From NCBI GenBank assembly GCA_050011875.1, contig JBEKIG010000014.1, forward strand, positions 1-64,000: a DNA stretch of 64,000 nt. The letters are read 5' to 3'. This DNA comes from Nitrososphaeria archaeon (lineage in GTDB: Archaea; Thermoproteota; Nitrososphaeria; JACIWG01). The notes beneath the pieces are model-generated. The model was not told the origin of the DNA, searched no databases, and worked only from the letters and a program-made list of their open reading frames with translations. This document shows, in pieces, positions 50,611 through 60,810 of this stretch; the first letter of the stretch is position 1, and each line of letters begins with the position of its first letter. Made by a program: the position numbers and the translations under genes.

Positions 50611-52496
50611 TGTTGGGGTATGCAGGAAAATTCCTAGAAGTGAATCTTTCAAAGGGGAATTTCAAAAACGTCACGATTGGAGAGGAATGGCTTAAGGATT
50701 ACATCGGGGGCAGAGGGCTCGCAGCTAAAATCCTGTGCGACAGACTGATCCACAAATGGGAAGAAATAGATCCTCTTGGGTCCGACAATATTTTACTTTT
50801 TCTGCCTGGACCGTTTACTGGATTTTACCCTGGAGGACGAGTCTGCGTTTCAGGGAAGTCTCCTCAGAGCAGCGGCGTTGTTGGTTCAACGGTTGGTGGC
50901 GAGTTCGGAGTTGAACTGCGCTGCGCAGGTTACGATGGCATTATCGTTACTGGTCAGGCTCAGAAACCAGTTTATTTGTTCATTAAAGACGAGGATGTTG
51001 AAATCAGGGATGCAAGCAGTCTTTTGGGCAAAGACACCAAGGAAACAAATACGTTACTCAATAAGGAATGCAGGGCTCTGTTGAAGGAGCGTTATCCCGG
51101 GTACGGTGAGTGGAAAGAGCCGGCAACTCTATGCATTGGTCCCGCCGGCGAGAACAGGGTTCGAACAGCAGTTGTCACGGCTAAATGGACGCACGCGGCG
51201 GGCTATGGCGGTTACGGAGCGGTAATGGGCTCGAAAAAGCTTAAGGCGGTCGCCGTCAAAGGTACGGGTCCCTTGCCCGAGGTCGCTGACCTTGAAAAAA
51301 TCAAGCAAATAATTAGCTTGGTAAACAAGATTGCCTACGGTAACGTTATGTGGCGAAGATGGGGAACCGGCGGAGGTGGCTACAACTTTGGAGCGCAAAC
51401 AAGTTCTGAACCCATCAGGAATTGGCAGGAAGAATGGCATGACGAGAGAAGCTACGGCGTGGACGAGTTTGAGAACAGGTTCTGGGTGAAGCAGTCTTGG
51501 AGCGATTTCGGCTGCCCAACGAACTGCATGAAAATCGCCGTCGTAAGGTCAGGAAAATTTAAGGGGGCTATAACCGATAACCCAGACTACGAATTGCAGG
51601 CTTATCTGGGTCCTAACCTCGGAATATTTAATCCGGAAGAGAATGTGTACTTGTCTGCCTTGATTGATGACTTGGGTTTGTGCGGCATTCAGACAGGCAA
51701 CGTAATGGGGTTTGCCGCTGAACTGTTCCAAAGAGACATTCTCTCCAAAGACGACTTAGATGGAATTGAATTGAGGTGGGGAAACGCTGAAGCCTTTGCT
51801 GCATTGGCTAAGAAAATTGCTGCGAGGGAAGGTGTTGGCGATTTATTGGCCGAAGGCACTTACAGGGTAGCACTGAAAATAGGAAAAATGAAACACAAAG
51901 ACTTGCTGAAATACGCTGTGCAGAGCAAAGGTATCGGAATCGGCGCCCACGGAATTCGTAGTGGCATGGACTTCTCTAATGAAATAGGATTTGCTTGTTC
52001 GGTTCAGGGTGGTGATCACTCGTCAATGACTAGTTTGCCCTTGGAGGGTTATGGAAGCGAGATATGGGAAATTTTCTACGATTCAGCTATCATGTGCAAA
52101 TTCACTTGTTTTGGTTTTCCCGAAAATTCCAGATTTGAACTTTACGGCGCCATTACCGGATTAAACTTGACCCGTGACGAATGGGCAAGAAACGGTGGAT
52201 TAAAGACCCTGCAGATTCAAAGGGCACTACTGCTTTTAGGAGGACCAGATTTGCATTGGAACCCTAAAGTTGATGATGATAATCCGAGCAGATTCTATGA
52301 ACCGTTGCCTTCAGGCCCGTGCAAGGGTAAAGCTGCCGACAAGACGAGCGTGAGCATGGGTGTGCAAAAGTACTATGAAGAAGCTGGCTGGGATGCGAAT
52401 GGAATACCCAAATCAGAAACTCTTCTCAGGCTAGGGTTGGGCGAAGTTGATAAAGCTCTCAAGAAGTTGCGTGAGACGTCGATGAAATATGTTTAA
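50610..52496 (+). CDS. tungsten-dependent aldehyde:ferredoxin oxidoreductase family protein (WOR5-like)
   Basis: GGRGL, KSP, GAVMGSKKLKA, PDYE, DDLGLC and YY...GWD.NGIP motifs. Confidence 0.92.
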   Translation: MLGYAGKFLEVNLSKGNFKNVTIGEEWLKDYIGGRGLAAKILCDRLIHKWEEIDPLGSDNILLFLPGPFTGFYPGGRVCVSGKSPQSSGVVGSTVGGEFGVELRCAGYDGIIVTGQAQKPVYLFIKDEDVEIRDASSLLGKDTKETNTLLNKECRALLKERYPGYGEWKEPATLCIGPAGENRVRTAVVTAKWTHAAGYGGYGAVMGSKKLKAVAVKGTGPLPEVADLEKIKQIISLVNKIAYGNVMWRRWGTGGGGYNFGAQTSSEPIRNWQEEWHDERSYGVDEFENRFWVKQSWSDFGCPTNCMKIAVVRSGKFKGAITDNPDYELQAYLGPNLGIFNPEENVYLSALIDDLGLCGIQTGNVMGFAAELFQRDILSKDDLDGIELRWGNAEAFAALAKKIAAREGVGDLLAEGTYRVALKIGKMKHKDLLKYAVQSKGIGIGAHGIRSGMDFSNEIGFACSVQGGDHSSMTSLPLEGYGSEIWEIFYDSAIMCKFTCFGFPENSRFELYGAITGLNLTRDEWARNGGLKTLQIQRALLLLGGPDLHWNPKVDDDNPSRFYEPLPSGPCKGKAADKTSVSMGVQKYYEEAGWDANGIPKSETLLRLGLGEVDKALKKLRETSMKYV

Positions 52497-52707
52497 TTGA
52501 GAGTGCACTAAATCAGAGAGACAAAAGCTAAAGACGTAATCCTTAAATTCAAGGAAGGGTAAATTTCTCTGAAAGATCTGGATAACATAAAGCTTCTACA
52601 TGAGCACATAATGACCATAACGCAACTGGGACTATCGCATAAGCATATACATCATTAATATGAATGCCCTTTCTTCTCCGGGATCTATTAAGATAAATGT
52701 CAATTAT

Positions 52708-52860
52708 GGACAAATAGGCTGTCAAGTCCGTTAAGTCAGCGTTAAGTTTGCTGTTAAATTTTTTGTAAAGTTGTGCGTTAAATTCGCCGTTAAATTTAGG
52801 TTTTTTAACGCCGAAAACTGTGTCCGGTTTTTATCTCATCATTTTCCAGCTGATTTGTCC
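52708..52860. repeat. GTTAA array at about 12-bp period, bounded by 14-bp imperfect inverted repeats
   Basis: GT(T/A)AA at 52730, 52741, 52753, 52765, 52777 and 52789; GGACAAATAGGCTG 52708-52721 vs CAGCTGATTTGTCC 52847-52860 (12/14). Confidence 0.75.
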
Positions 52861-53182
52861 GGGGCATCTGTTAATTGTTAAGATATTTTCCTTGACGCAT
52901 ATGGCCCCATCGTTATCTCATCTAAACATTCAATTATCAGTCTTACTGGGTCGCTCCAACTGAGCATTTCATCAGAAATCAGATCGAACCCCATTTTTGT
53001 TTGAAGATTTATCAACTTTTTCGTGTTCCTTTTTCAAAGCTTCGCGTACAGTTGATCAAATCTTCTGACCTAGCATGTATTCTTGGGAGAAATAGCCTCG
53101 CACGTACAGAACCCTTCCACTTAAAGGCTATAGAAAAGATTTTCCTTAAATGGATGTAAGAAATGCATTTATCGTCAAATAC

Positions 53183-54166
53183 CTATTTACCATTGAACAT
53201 TATTGGGTTAGCTACGAATAACGGCTTCTTTCCTTGGAAGAATCTTTTAAGATCTTCGGCGTTCATCATGTCCATCCTTATTAGGGCTTCTGATGTGAAG
53301 TTAGCCATGTGAGGAGACAATACTACATTATCTAGCATTAGTAAGGGGTTGTCCTTGGTTATCGGTTCCTGTTCGAAGACGTCTAAGGCGGCTCCCGAGA
53401 TTTCTCCGTTCTTTAAAGAATCGTATAATGCGCTCTCATCTATTATAGAACCCCTTGAAGTGTTTATTAAAAAAGCGCTTTTCTTCATTAGTCTTAGCCT
53501 GTCTCTATTTATTAGGTGGTGAGTTTCAGCTGAAAGAGCAACATGAATTGTAACAAAGTCTGATGTTCTTAAAAGTTCATCTAGACCCACCGGAAGAGCC
53601 CCTTCTTTTTCAATTTCATTCCCTTTTACAAAAGGGTCATATGCCAGTATTTTGACATCAAATCCCGACAGCTTTTTGGCAACGCGTCGGCCTACTGCTC
53701 CAAATCCAACTATTCCTACAGTCTTACATAACAATTCTGAACCAAGTAAACGAACCCATTTGCCATTTGATATTTCATAACTGGCTTTTGGAAAATTTTT
53801 TGCTATCCCCAGCATCAACATAATCGCGTATTCGGCCACTGAATCAGAGTTTGATTGAGGAGTGTATGTAACTATAATTCCCTTCTGAGTCGCTGCATCT
53901 AGGTCTATATTGTCAACTCCGACACCGTGTCTTGCAATAATCCTAAGTTTATCTGAAGATATTAAAATATCTCTGTCCATTTTCTCATTACCAACTATTA
54001 CTCCATCATAATCCATGGCAATTGATCTCATTTCATCCTCGCTCGAGACGTTCTTTCTATCAACAGCCGCGAATTCTTCAAGAAGCTCTACCGCTTTTTT
54101 ACAGTGGACACCATACGATTTTGATGTTATTGCGATACACGGTCTACTCATATAATACTCTCTCAT
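53183..54166 (-). CDS. D-isomer-specific 2-hydroxyacid dehydrogenase (phosphoglycerate dehydrogenase-like)
   Basis: RHGVGVDNID, GFGAVG, INTSRG, LDVFEQEP and SPH motifs. Confidence 0.93.
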   Translation of the reverse strand: MREYYMSRPCIAITSKSYGVHCKKAVELLEEFAAVDRKNVSSEDEMRSIAMDYDGVIVGNEKMDRDILISSDKLRIIARHGVGVDNIDLDAATQKGIIVTYTPQSNSDSVAEYAIMLMLGIAKNFPKASYEISNGKWVRLLGSELLCKTVGIVGFGAVGRRVAKKLSGFDVKILAYDPFVKGNEIEKEGALPVGLDELLRTSDFVTIHVALSAETHHLINRDRLRLMKKSAFLINTSRGSIIDESALYDSLKNGEISGAALDVFEQEPITKDNPLLMLDNVVLSPHMANFTSEALIRMDMMNAEDLKRFFQGKKPLFVANPIMFNGK

Positions 54167-54217
54167 TAAATCAATTTTTAAACATTATTCCTTTTCGCGC
54201 CTAATCATTAGAGAGCT

Positions 54218-54730
54218 TTAGATTTCGATGATTTTAGTTTCCTTTTTCCTTAAATCGGTTATAGCCAACGTTCTTCTACCTGTTAAATATCCACACAACT
54301 CGCCTGGATTCACTAAAGCACATTTGCCGATTACTTTGTTTACAACCTTATGCCAGTGTCCGTAAGCGACAAGGTCATACCTATTGCTTAAAGCTACAGC
54401 CTCAACAACCTCTTCATCTTCGCCGTGCATCAATGCAATCTTGAACCCGTTTAAGCTTATTGTGGCCTTGGGCCAAACAAGTTTACATTTCTGGGACTGA
54501 GATATTACATCTTTAAGCATAACTTTTTCACCATCGTTATTTCCAAAAGTGAAGTATGTCACGAAATTCTCACCAAAAAAAAGTTTGGCAGAAAAGGGAC
54601 TCACTATGTCACCGGCGTGAAGCAGGTAACCCACTTGCTCTGAATTCAATATTTCTATAGCTTTCTTGATTGCTTGAATATTGTCATGCGAATCACTTAT
54701 GATCCCAATCCTCAACGAGGGCACCGTCAT
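54218..54730 (-). CDS. YfcE/MJ0936-family metallophosphoesterase
   Basis: SDSHDN, HAGD, GNND, HG, GHWH and NPG motifs. Confidence 0.92.
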   Translation of the reverse strand: MTVPSLRIGIISDSHDNIQAIKKAIEILNSEQVGYLLHAGDIVSPFSAKLFFGENFVTYFTFGNNDGEKVMLKDVISQSQKCKLVWPKATISLNGFKIALMHGEDEEVVEAVALSNRYDLVAYGHWHKVVNKVIGKCALVNPGELCGYLTGRRTLAITDLRKKETKIIEI

Positions 54731-54788
54731 AACTTTGGCTCATAGGAAATATAACTTTTCTTAAAACAATTGCTTCCCTGTACGGTTT

Positions 54789-55139
54789 CTATTTTAAAAG
54801 CTTGAGAATAGTCTCGATGAGCAGGATTCCACCCTGCAGTTCTTTCCTCCCCTTTTCGGTCACTTCATAGTATTTTCTATAGTTACCGCTTCTTTTGATA
54901 TACCCTTCCCTTTCCAGTCTATAAAGCACAGAGTATACGGTAATTAAATTCACCTTTATCTTATATTTTTCCCTTATCTCCTTGTAGAGTTCTCTACTGA
55001 ACATCGGCCTATCAGAAATGAGTTTGATTGAATATAACCAGAGGTTGTTAATTGTTAAAGATGATTCCAATCTTCCTAAAGGTTTTTGCACATCTTCGTA
55101 TAGTCTAATGGAATAATATTTAAATTCTCTCAGTAACAT
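54789..55139 (-). CDS. PadR-family transcriptional regulator
   Basis: TVYSVLYRLEREGYI and RKYYEVTEKG; true start probably downstream. Confidence 0.88.
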   Translation of the reverse strand: MLLREFKYYSIRLYEDVQKPLGRLESSLTINNLWLYSIKLISDRPMFSRELYKEIREKYKIKVNLITVYSVLYRLEREGYIKRSGNYRKYYEVTEKGRKELQGGILLIETILKLLK

Positions 55140-55169
55140 TTATATCGATAAATATTTATAGTCATAAAC

Positions 55170-56216
55170 ATGTCAAAGTTGAAGGTAGCCCTAGCCGGCA
55201 TCGGAAATACTGCTTCAGCCTTGGTACAATCACCATTCTACTATAAAGGAAGGAAAGATAACGACCCTTTAGGAGGGTATAAGATATCCGATATAGAATT
55301 CGTCGCAGCTTTCGATGTAAACAAAGAAAAAGTGGGAAAAGATCTTTCAGAAGCCATCTTCGCAAAGCCGAACATCACGCCACATTTTGCTGAAGTTAAG
55401 AATGTTGGAGTAAAGGTCAGCACAGGCCCCGTCTTAGACGGAGTAGCAGAACATATGCGACACATCATGAATCCAGTAAGAAAAACATGCACCGTGGAAG
55501 ATGCAGCGGATCAAATAAGTGGCGCAGATGTTTTCCTTAGCCTACTGCCGGTTGGAAGCGATCAGGCAACAAAGTTCTATGCGGAAGTTGCTCTGAAGGC
55601 TGGTGTCGCGTTCGTGAATACGATCCCAGTGTTTGTAGCAAGTGATCAGGTCTGGAGCAGCAGATTCAAGGAGAAAAACCTTCCAATTTTGGGAGACGAC
55701 ATAAAGGGACAGATAGGTGCGACAATACTACATCGGACACTTGTCCGCCTTTTTAGGCTGAGGAATGTACAAGTCATAGAAACCTATCAGCTCAATGTTG
55801 GAGGTAACACCGACTTTCAGAACATGTTGGACGAGAACAGGTTAATTAGTAAGAGAAGAAGCAAAACAGATGCTGTTACATCCGTATTGCCATACGGAAT
55901 CGACGTAAGAATAGGTCCGAGCGACTACGTTCCATTTCTAAAGAACACAAAAGTTGCCTACATATACATTAAGGGTGAGAGCTACGCAGGATTCCCTGTC
56001 ACTATTGACGCTAAGCTTTCGGTCGATGATAAATCTATGTTCGCGTTTAGCGCGATGGATGCGACAAGACTTGCTAAAGTCGCAGTAGACAGAGGAGAAA
56101 GCGGACCTATTAAAGAGATTTCAGCATACTATTTCAAACATCCACCGGTTCAGGCCGAAAGCGATGAACAGGCTGCAGCCTGGGTCAAATCTTGGCTGAA
56201 TAAAAAGAGAAAGTAA
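55170..56216 (+). CDS. ino1: myo-inositol-1-phosphate synthase
   Basis: GIGNTAS, LPVGS, GDDIK, QLNVGGNTDF and YFKHPP motifs. Confidence 0.95.
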   Translation: MSKLKVALAGIGNTASALVQSPFYYKGRKDNDPLGGYKISDIEFVAAFDVNKEKVGKDLSEAIFAKPNITPHFAEVKNVGVKVSTGPVLDGVAEHMRHIMNPVRKTCTVEDAADQISGADVFLSLLPVGSDQATKFYAEVALKAGVAFVNTIPVFVASDQVWSSRFKEKNLPILGDDIKGQIGATILHRTLVRLFRLRNVQVIETYQLNVGGNTDFQNMLDENRLISKRRSKTDAVTSVLPYGIDVRIGPSDYVPFLKNTKVAYIYIKGESYAGFPVTIDAKLSVDDKSMFAFSAMDATRLAKVAVDRGESGPIKEISAYYFKHPPVQAESDEQAAAWVKSWLNKKRK

Positions 56217-56276
56217 ACCTTAATAAAAGGACCAAGTGCTAAAAATTTATTAACATACATCTTTTTTCTTTCTATC

Positions 56277-57218
56277 GTGAAATTAACCAAAACGGTAGTA
56301 GGCAGTTTTCCAGTGCAGAACGCTCCTATCGCAGAGGCTATAAAAAATACTGTTAACTTTCAGTTAGGAAATGACATAGACATAGTCTCCGATGGCGAAC
56401 AGAGGTCAGACATGCTTGGATACTTTGAATGTCTTCCTGGACTAGGTAGAAATCTAAGGGGAGTTTGCGTAAACTCAAAAATTTCTTCAATGGATAATCC
56501 AAACGAGTTCATCAAATTAAAGGACCTTCAACTTGTTACTGAATATTTGGAAGAAAAGGGTAAGGATAATATCCCTGTGAAAGTTGCGATAACAGGACCT
56601 GTAACTCTTGGATTCTTCTGTGGCATTAACGGTCTGAAATATTATAGTAACCTGAGAGATCCCCGACTTTACTCCGATATAGCTGAAGCTCTAAATCCCA
56701 TCATACGCCAAGTTGCAAAAAAGAACTGCTACATTCAGATTGATGAACCGAGCTTTTCAGCAAAAGCAATAGACTATAAAGATGCTCTGAAATTCGTAGA
56801 ACAATCAATAAGTGGTCTACCAAATTCAATATATAAAGAAAAAAGGATCATATTACATGCATGTGGTCCTTTAAACGAAAATCTTCTTAAAGGTCTTATC
56901 GAATCCGATGTACCCGTACTGAGTTTAGCATTCAGCGCACCTAATGTTCAGAAGAATATTGATCTTATTTCAAAAAAACTCTTACAATCCGGCAACAAAA
57001 GACTAGGAGTTGGCTGCATATCAGTTGAAGCCGCGAAAAAATCAGATGTAGAAGGAGAGGAGGTTTTAATAAAAAGACTGGGGCGAATCGTTAAAAAGGT
57101 AGGTGAAGAAACCATAGAATTTGTCCATCCTGATTGCGGATTGAGGAGTTGCAGCCCAGAAGCTGCGGAACTTATACTCAGACACATGAGACAGGCAGTC
57201 GAACATCTAAGAACATAA
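56277..57218 (+). CDS. core (single-barrel) cobalamin-independent methionine synthase-like protein
   Basis: VVGSFP, SDGEQR, TGPVTL, QIDEP, HACG and PDCGL motifs. Confidence 0.85.
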   Translation: MKLTKTVVGSFPVQNAPIAEAIKNTVNFQLGNDIDIVSDGEQRSDMLGYFECLPGLGRNLRGVCVNSKISSMDNPNEFIKLKDLQLVTEYLEEKGKDNIPVKVAITGPVTLGFFCGINGLKYYSNLRDPRLYSDIAEALNPIIRQVAKKNCYIQIDEPSFSAKAIDYKDALKFVEQSISGLPNSIYKEKRIILHACGPLNENLLKGLIESDVPVLSLAFSAPNVQKNIDLISKKLLQSGNKRLGVGCISVEAAKKSDVEGEEVLIKRLGRIVKKVGEETIEFVHPDCGLRSCSPEAAELILRHMRQAVEHLRT

Positions 57219-57278
57219 CAAAATCGTCAAGTGGAGGTCATAAAAGGGTTATTTAACATCTTTTTTGGTAGTATATTT

Positions 57279-57677
57279 ATGCACGAATGGGCTTTAGCTG
57301 AAGCGGTTATTGCAGCGGTTACTGAAATAGCTGAAAGAGAGAAATTTGTTAAGGTATTAGAAGTTGAACTTAGGGTCGGAGAGCTGCAACAAATAGACGA
57401 AGAAATTATTAAATTTGCTCTAGCCCAGTTGAAGACAGGTAAACTAAAGAAGACTCGATTCGTTATAATCATTATAAAAGCTCAACTAAAGTGTAAGGTA
57501 TGTGGCAATCAATGGGTTTTCAACAAAAAAGAAGTTAACCAAGAGATTGCAGAAGCAATACACTTTATCCCAGAAATAGCTCATTCCTATATAAAATGTC
57601 CTAATTGTGCAAGCCCCGACTTTGAAATTGTTGAAGGGCGTGGAATGTACATAGGGAACGTGCGAGGTGTCAGATGA
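57279..57677 (+). CDS. hypA: hydrogenase nickel incorporation protein HypA (Thermococcales type)
   Basis: MHE start at 57279; two CxxC; EAIHFIPE insert. Confidence 0.93.
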   Translation: MHEWALAEAVIAAVTEIAEREKFVKVLEVELRVGELQQIDEEIIKFALAQLKTGKLKKTRFVIIIIKAQLKCKVCGNQWVFNKKEVNQEIAEAIHFIPEIAHSYIKCPNCASPDFEIVEGRGMYIGNVRGVR

Positions 57678-58407
57678 AATGACAGATCCAAGAATGAGTA
57701 TCATAGACAGGAGATTCTCAGGGATAACAAAAATAATTGCAGTTTCAAGCGCCAAAGGAGGTGTTGGAAAGAGCCTGACATCGTCTGTTCTTGCGCTACT
57801 TCTCTCAAAAAATGGGAAGAAAGTTGGGCTTTTAGACCTCGACTTTACAAGTCCATCAACACATATAATATTAGGAATAAAGGATGGACGCCTTAAAGAG
57901 AAAAATGGAATACTACCACCCAAAATAAGCGGTATAAAATATATGTCAATAATCTTTTTTTCAAAAGATAACCCTACACCGCTTCGTGGGATAGATTACA
58001 CGAACTCGTTCCTAGAGATGTTGGCGATAACGAAATGGGGAAAACTAGATTACCTGTTGATCGATATGCCACCGGGAATAGGCGATATAACTTTGGATAT
58101 TATAAGATTCATTAAAAACATTAAATTCTTAGTAATTGCGACGCCTTCTCCTCTGGCTATATCTTCCGTTAAAAAATTATTAGATTTATTGAAAAGCGTT
58201 GAAGTTCCCGTCATCGGAGTCGTTGAAAATATGAAAAAAGATGACATGATGACAATTAAGAAAGAAATCGAACAAAAAAATATTCCATTCCTTGGAAGCA
58301 TAGAATACGATGACGAAATAGAAAAAGCGATCGGTGAAACAAAAAAGATCCTTAGCACTCGTTTCGCAGCAAGCCTCGATAAATTCATTAAAAGAACGGA
58401 CTTTTAA
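57667..58407 (+). CDS. hypB: Mrp/MinD-family ATPase, ATPase-type HypB
   Basis: KGGVGKS, DLDF, PTPLRG, DMPPG and VENM; no CxxC; directly follows hypA as in Thermococcus. Confidence 0.8.
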   Translation: MSDEMTDPRMSIIDRRFSGITKIIAVSSAKGGVGKSLTSSVLALLLSKNGKKVGLLDLDFTSPSTHIILGIKDGRLKEKNGILPPKISGIKYMSIIFFSKDNPTPLRGIDYTNSFLEMLAITKWGKLDYLLIDMPPGIGDITLDIIRFIKNIKFLVIATPSPLAISSVKKLLDLLKSVEVPVIGVVENMKKDDMMTIKKEIEQKNIPFLGSIEYDDEIEKAIGETKKILSTRFAASLDKFIKRTDF

Positions 58408-58464
58408 TTTGAATGTTCAATCTTCTGTAGTAGTAAAGAAGCTCACAAACGTTTATAAAATTAA

Positions 58465-59484
58465 ATGAAGGTGGTTACTACTATGAAACCAAAAATTTTG
58501 ATAACAGGCCCAATGCAAGAGAAAGGGTATAACTTAATATCGCGCTACTTTACACTTGAAGGCGATATTCAAAAGATTATGGGTAGAGATGATGTCCTGA
58601 AGGCACTTAGGGACAAGGATGGACTTATGCTAGTAAGTCACGTCGTAGTAAATTCAGAACTTTTAGATGCGGCTCCAAATTTGAAGGTTGTCAGCTCAGT
58701 AAGCGTGGGGTTTGATCATATCGACATAAATGAAACGACAAAACGTGGCGTCTACGTCTGTAATACTGCAGGCGCTTTAACCGATTGCGTTGCCGAAGTA
58801 GCTCTGGAGCTAATCCTTTCAACATATAAGAGAATGTCGGAGGCAGAGCGTTTCATGCGTGATCGTAAATGGACCAGAATTTTCTTGGGAGACGAATTCT
58901 TGGGAAGGGATGTCAAGGGAAAGGTCTTAGGAATTGTCGGGTTGGGGAGAATAGGATCTAGAGTGGCTGAAATTGCAAAGGTCTTTGGAATGAAAGTGAT
59001 CTACTATGACATTATTAGACCGAAGTATGCAGAAGAGATGGGTCTCGAATTCTATGATCTTAATGCATTAATGAAAGCATCTGATATTATAAGCATTCAT
59101 ATCCCATTGTCAAATGAAACCAGACACCTAATAGATGAATCGAAATTGAAACTAATGAAGAAAGATGCAATAATAGTTAACACTTCAAGAGGTCCCATTA
59201 TCGAGGAAAAGGCTCTGATTAAAGCGCTTAAAGAAAAAACAATATTGGGTGCAGGACTTGACGTATTCGAAGAAGAGCCTCTTCCCCTGGACAGCGAACT
59301 CCTTCGATTTGAAAACGTTGTGCTTTCACCTCACAGAGGGTCAGCATCTTATGAGACAAGGGCAGCTATGTCAGAGTTAGCCGCAAGAAACCTTATAGCC
59401 GCTCTGAGTGGAGAGATGCCGCCAGCTCTCGTTAATCGCGATGTACTTAAAGTAAGACCCCTTAGTGAGATCAAGATGATATAG
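58465..59484 (+). CDS. glyoxylate reductase/D-glycerate dehydrogenase family
   Basis: VGFDHID, GLGRIG, NTSRG, LDVFEEEP and PHRGSA motifs. Confidence 0.9.
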   Translation: MKVVTTMKPKILITGPMQEKGYNLISRYFTLEGDIQKIMGRDDVLKALRDKDGLMLVSHVVVNSELLDAAPNLKVVSSVSVGFDHIDINETTKRGVYVCNTAGALTDCVAEVALELILSTYKRMSEAERFMRDRKWTRIFLGDEFLGRDVKGKVLGIVGLGRIGSRVAEIAKVFGMKVIYYDIIRPKYAEEMGLEFYDLNALMKASDIISIHIPLSNETRHLIDESKLKLMKKDAIIVNTSRGPIIEEKALIKALKEKTILGAGLDVFEEEPLPLDSELLRFENVVLSPHRGSASYETRAAMSELAARNLIAALSGEMPPALVNRDVLKVRPLSEIKMI

Positions 59485-59606
59485 TAATGGTTCAACGTAA
59501 ATATTAGTTATGAAGGAAAATATTTAGTAGGATGTTCTTTATATGTTTTAGACGAGCCAATCTTAAAGTTTATCTAAGCTTTTATTGAAATACCTTATGA
59601 ACGAAC

Positions 59607-60554
59607 ATGAACGGTCCTATTTTAGTAGTATGTGGTGCAATTAATTGGGACATAAACCTTTACGTTAAGAGATTTGGAAGCCCAGGAGAAGAAGTTCCTG
59701 TACCTAAAATAGAAAGAGTTCCAGGTGGAAAGGGAGCTAATGTCGCTGTCGCTGTTGCTAGAATATTAGGAAAAGGTAAATGCGAAATTCTTGGGGGAAT
59801 AGGTAATGATGAAATTGGAAAAAAACATTTAGAAGAGTTTGAAAGAGAAGGCGTTGGAAGTAGATGGCTGACCACCTTTAAGGATGTCGAATCGGGTCAG
59901 GCGTACATTCTAATAGATGAGAAAGGAGAGAATCAGATAAACACACACTTCGGCGCAAACATAGCTTTGAATGTTAAGGATGTGGAAAGGATCCGAAACC
60001 TTTTAGATAAAATTGAATTCCTAGCAATTATGGATCCACCTATAGCTTTTACAGAAGGGATCCTAAAGTTGGCTAAAAATGCTATAAAGGTTTGGTCCCC
60101 TGGGGTAAGAGTCCGCAACGATAGGAAATCCGTTACCTCATTTCTAAAGTATATAGACTATCTTGTGCTTAATGAACATGAATTATTGGATTTATCAGGA
60201 GTTACAGACATGTCTAAGGTCTATCGGGAATTAGAAGAAAATAACCCTAAACTTCGAGTCATAGTTACACAGGGTTCAAAAGGGGTTACATTGCTTACCC
60301 CTAGTGAGGTTAAATTCGTTAAAGGAATTGAGTTAAAAAAAATCGGGTTAAAGGTTGTTAATACAACTGGATGTGGTGATACGTTTGTCGGAGCTTTCAT
60401 AGCCTATCTCGTTTTAGGAGCACCTCAAGAATCTGCTCTTGAGATGGCTAACCTTGCGGCAGCAATAAAGGCATCAAAATATGAGACAAGAGGCAGTCCA
60501 ACGAAATCGGAGCTAGAATGTTATCGAAAGAAGCTATTTTCAATAAAACCTTAA
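59607..60554 (+). CDS. PfkB/ribokinase-family carbohydrate kinase
   Basis: GGKGANVA, NEHE and NTTGCGDTF motifs. Confidence 0.92.
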   Translation: MNGPILVVCGAINWDINLYVKRFGSPGEEVPVPKIERVPGGKGANVAVAVARILGKGKCEILGGIGNDEIGKKHLEEFEREGVGSRWLTTFKDVESGQAYILIDEKGENQINTHFGANIALNVKDVERIRNLLDKIEFLAIMDPPIAFTEGILKLAKNAIKVWSPGVRVRNDRKSVTSFLKYIDYLVLNEHELLDLSGVTDMSKVYRELEENNPKLRVIVTQGSKGVTLLTPSEVKFVKGIELKKIGLKVVNTTGCGDTFVGAFIAYLVLGAPQESALEMANLAAAIKASKYETRGSPTKSELECYRKKLFSIKP

Positions 60555-60723
60555 CTTTTTTTTACTATAGATTATTAGGAAATTTCGTTAAAATCTTAAC
60601 ATTTGATCACGCAGAATCAGCGATAAAATTGTGAGTAGCACCAAAATCAATTCCTTATTCTTCCAAATATAAATTTGTTATACAACAAAATTGTTTTTGA
60701 TTTAAGTTAGAATAATAAAAATC

Positions 60724-60750
60724 AGGGGCTTTTTAAACAAACTAGCCCCT
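60724..60750. terminator. possible hairpin between convergent genes
   Basis: AGGGGCT...AGCCCCT 7-bp inverted repeat in an AT-rich gap. Confidence 0.3.
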
Positions 60751-60810
60751 AAACGTGCTTTGATATTACCTACGATTTTTTATTGAATGTTAAAGATTTA
60801 AGGTGAGAGA

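Noticed and set aside
52870-53110. Possible decayed ORF on the minus strand (...TVREALKKEHEK...)
   Set aside because: Interrupted by stops and too weak to assign
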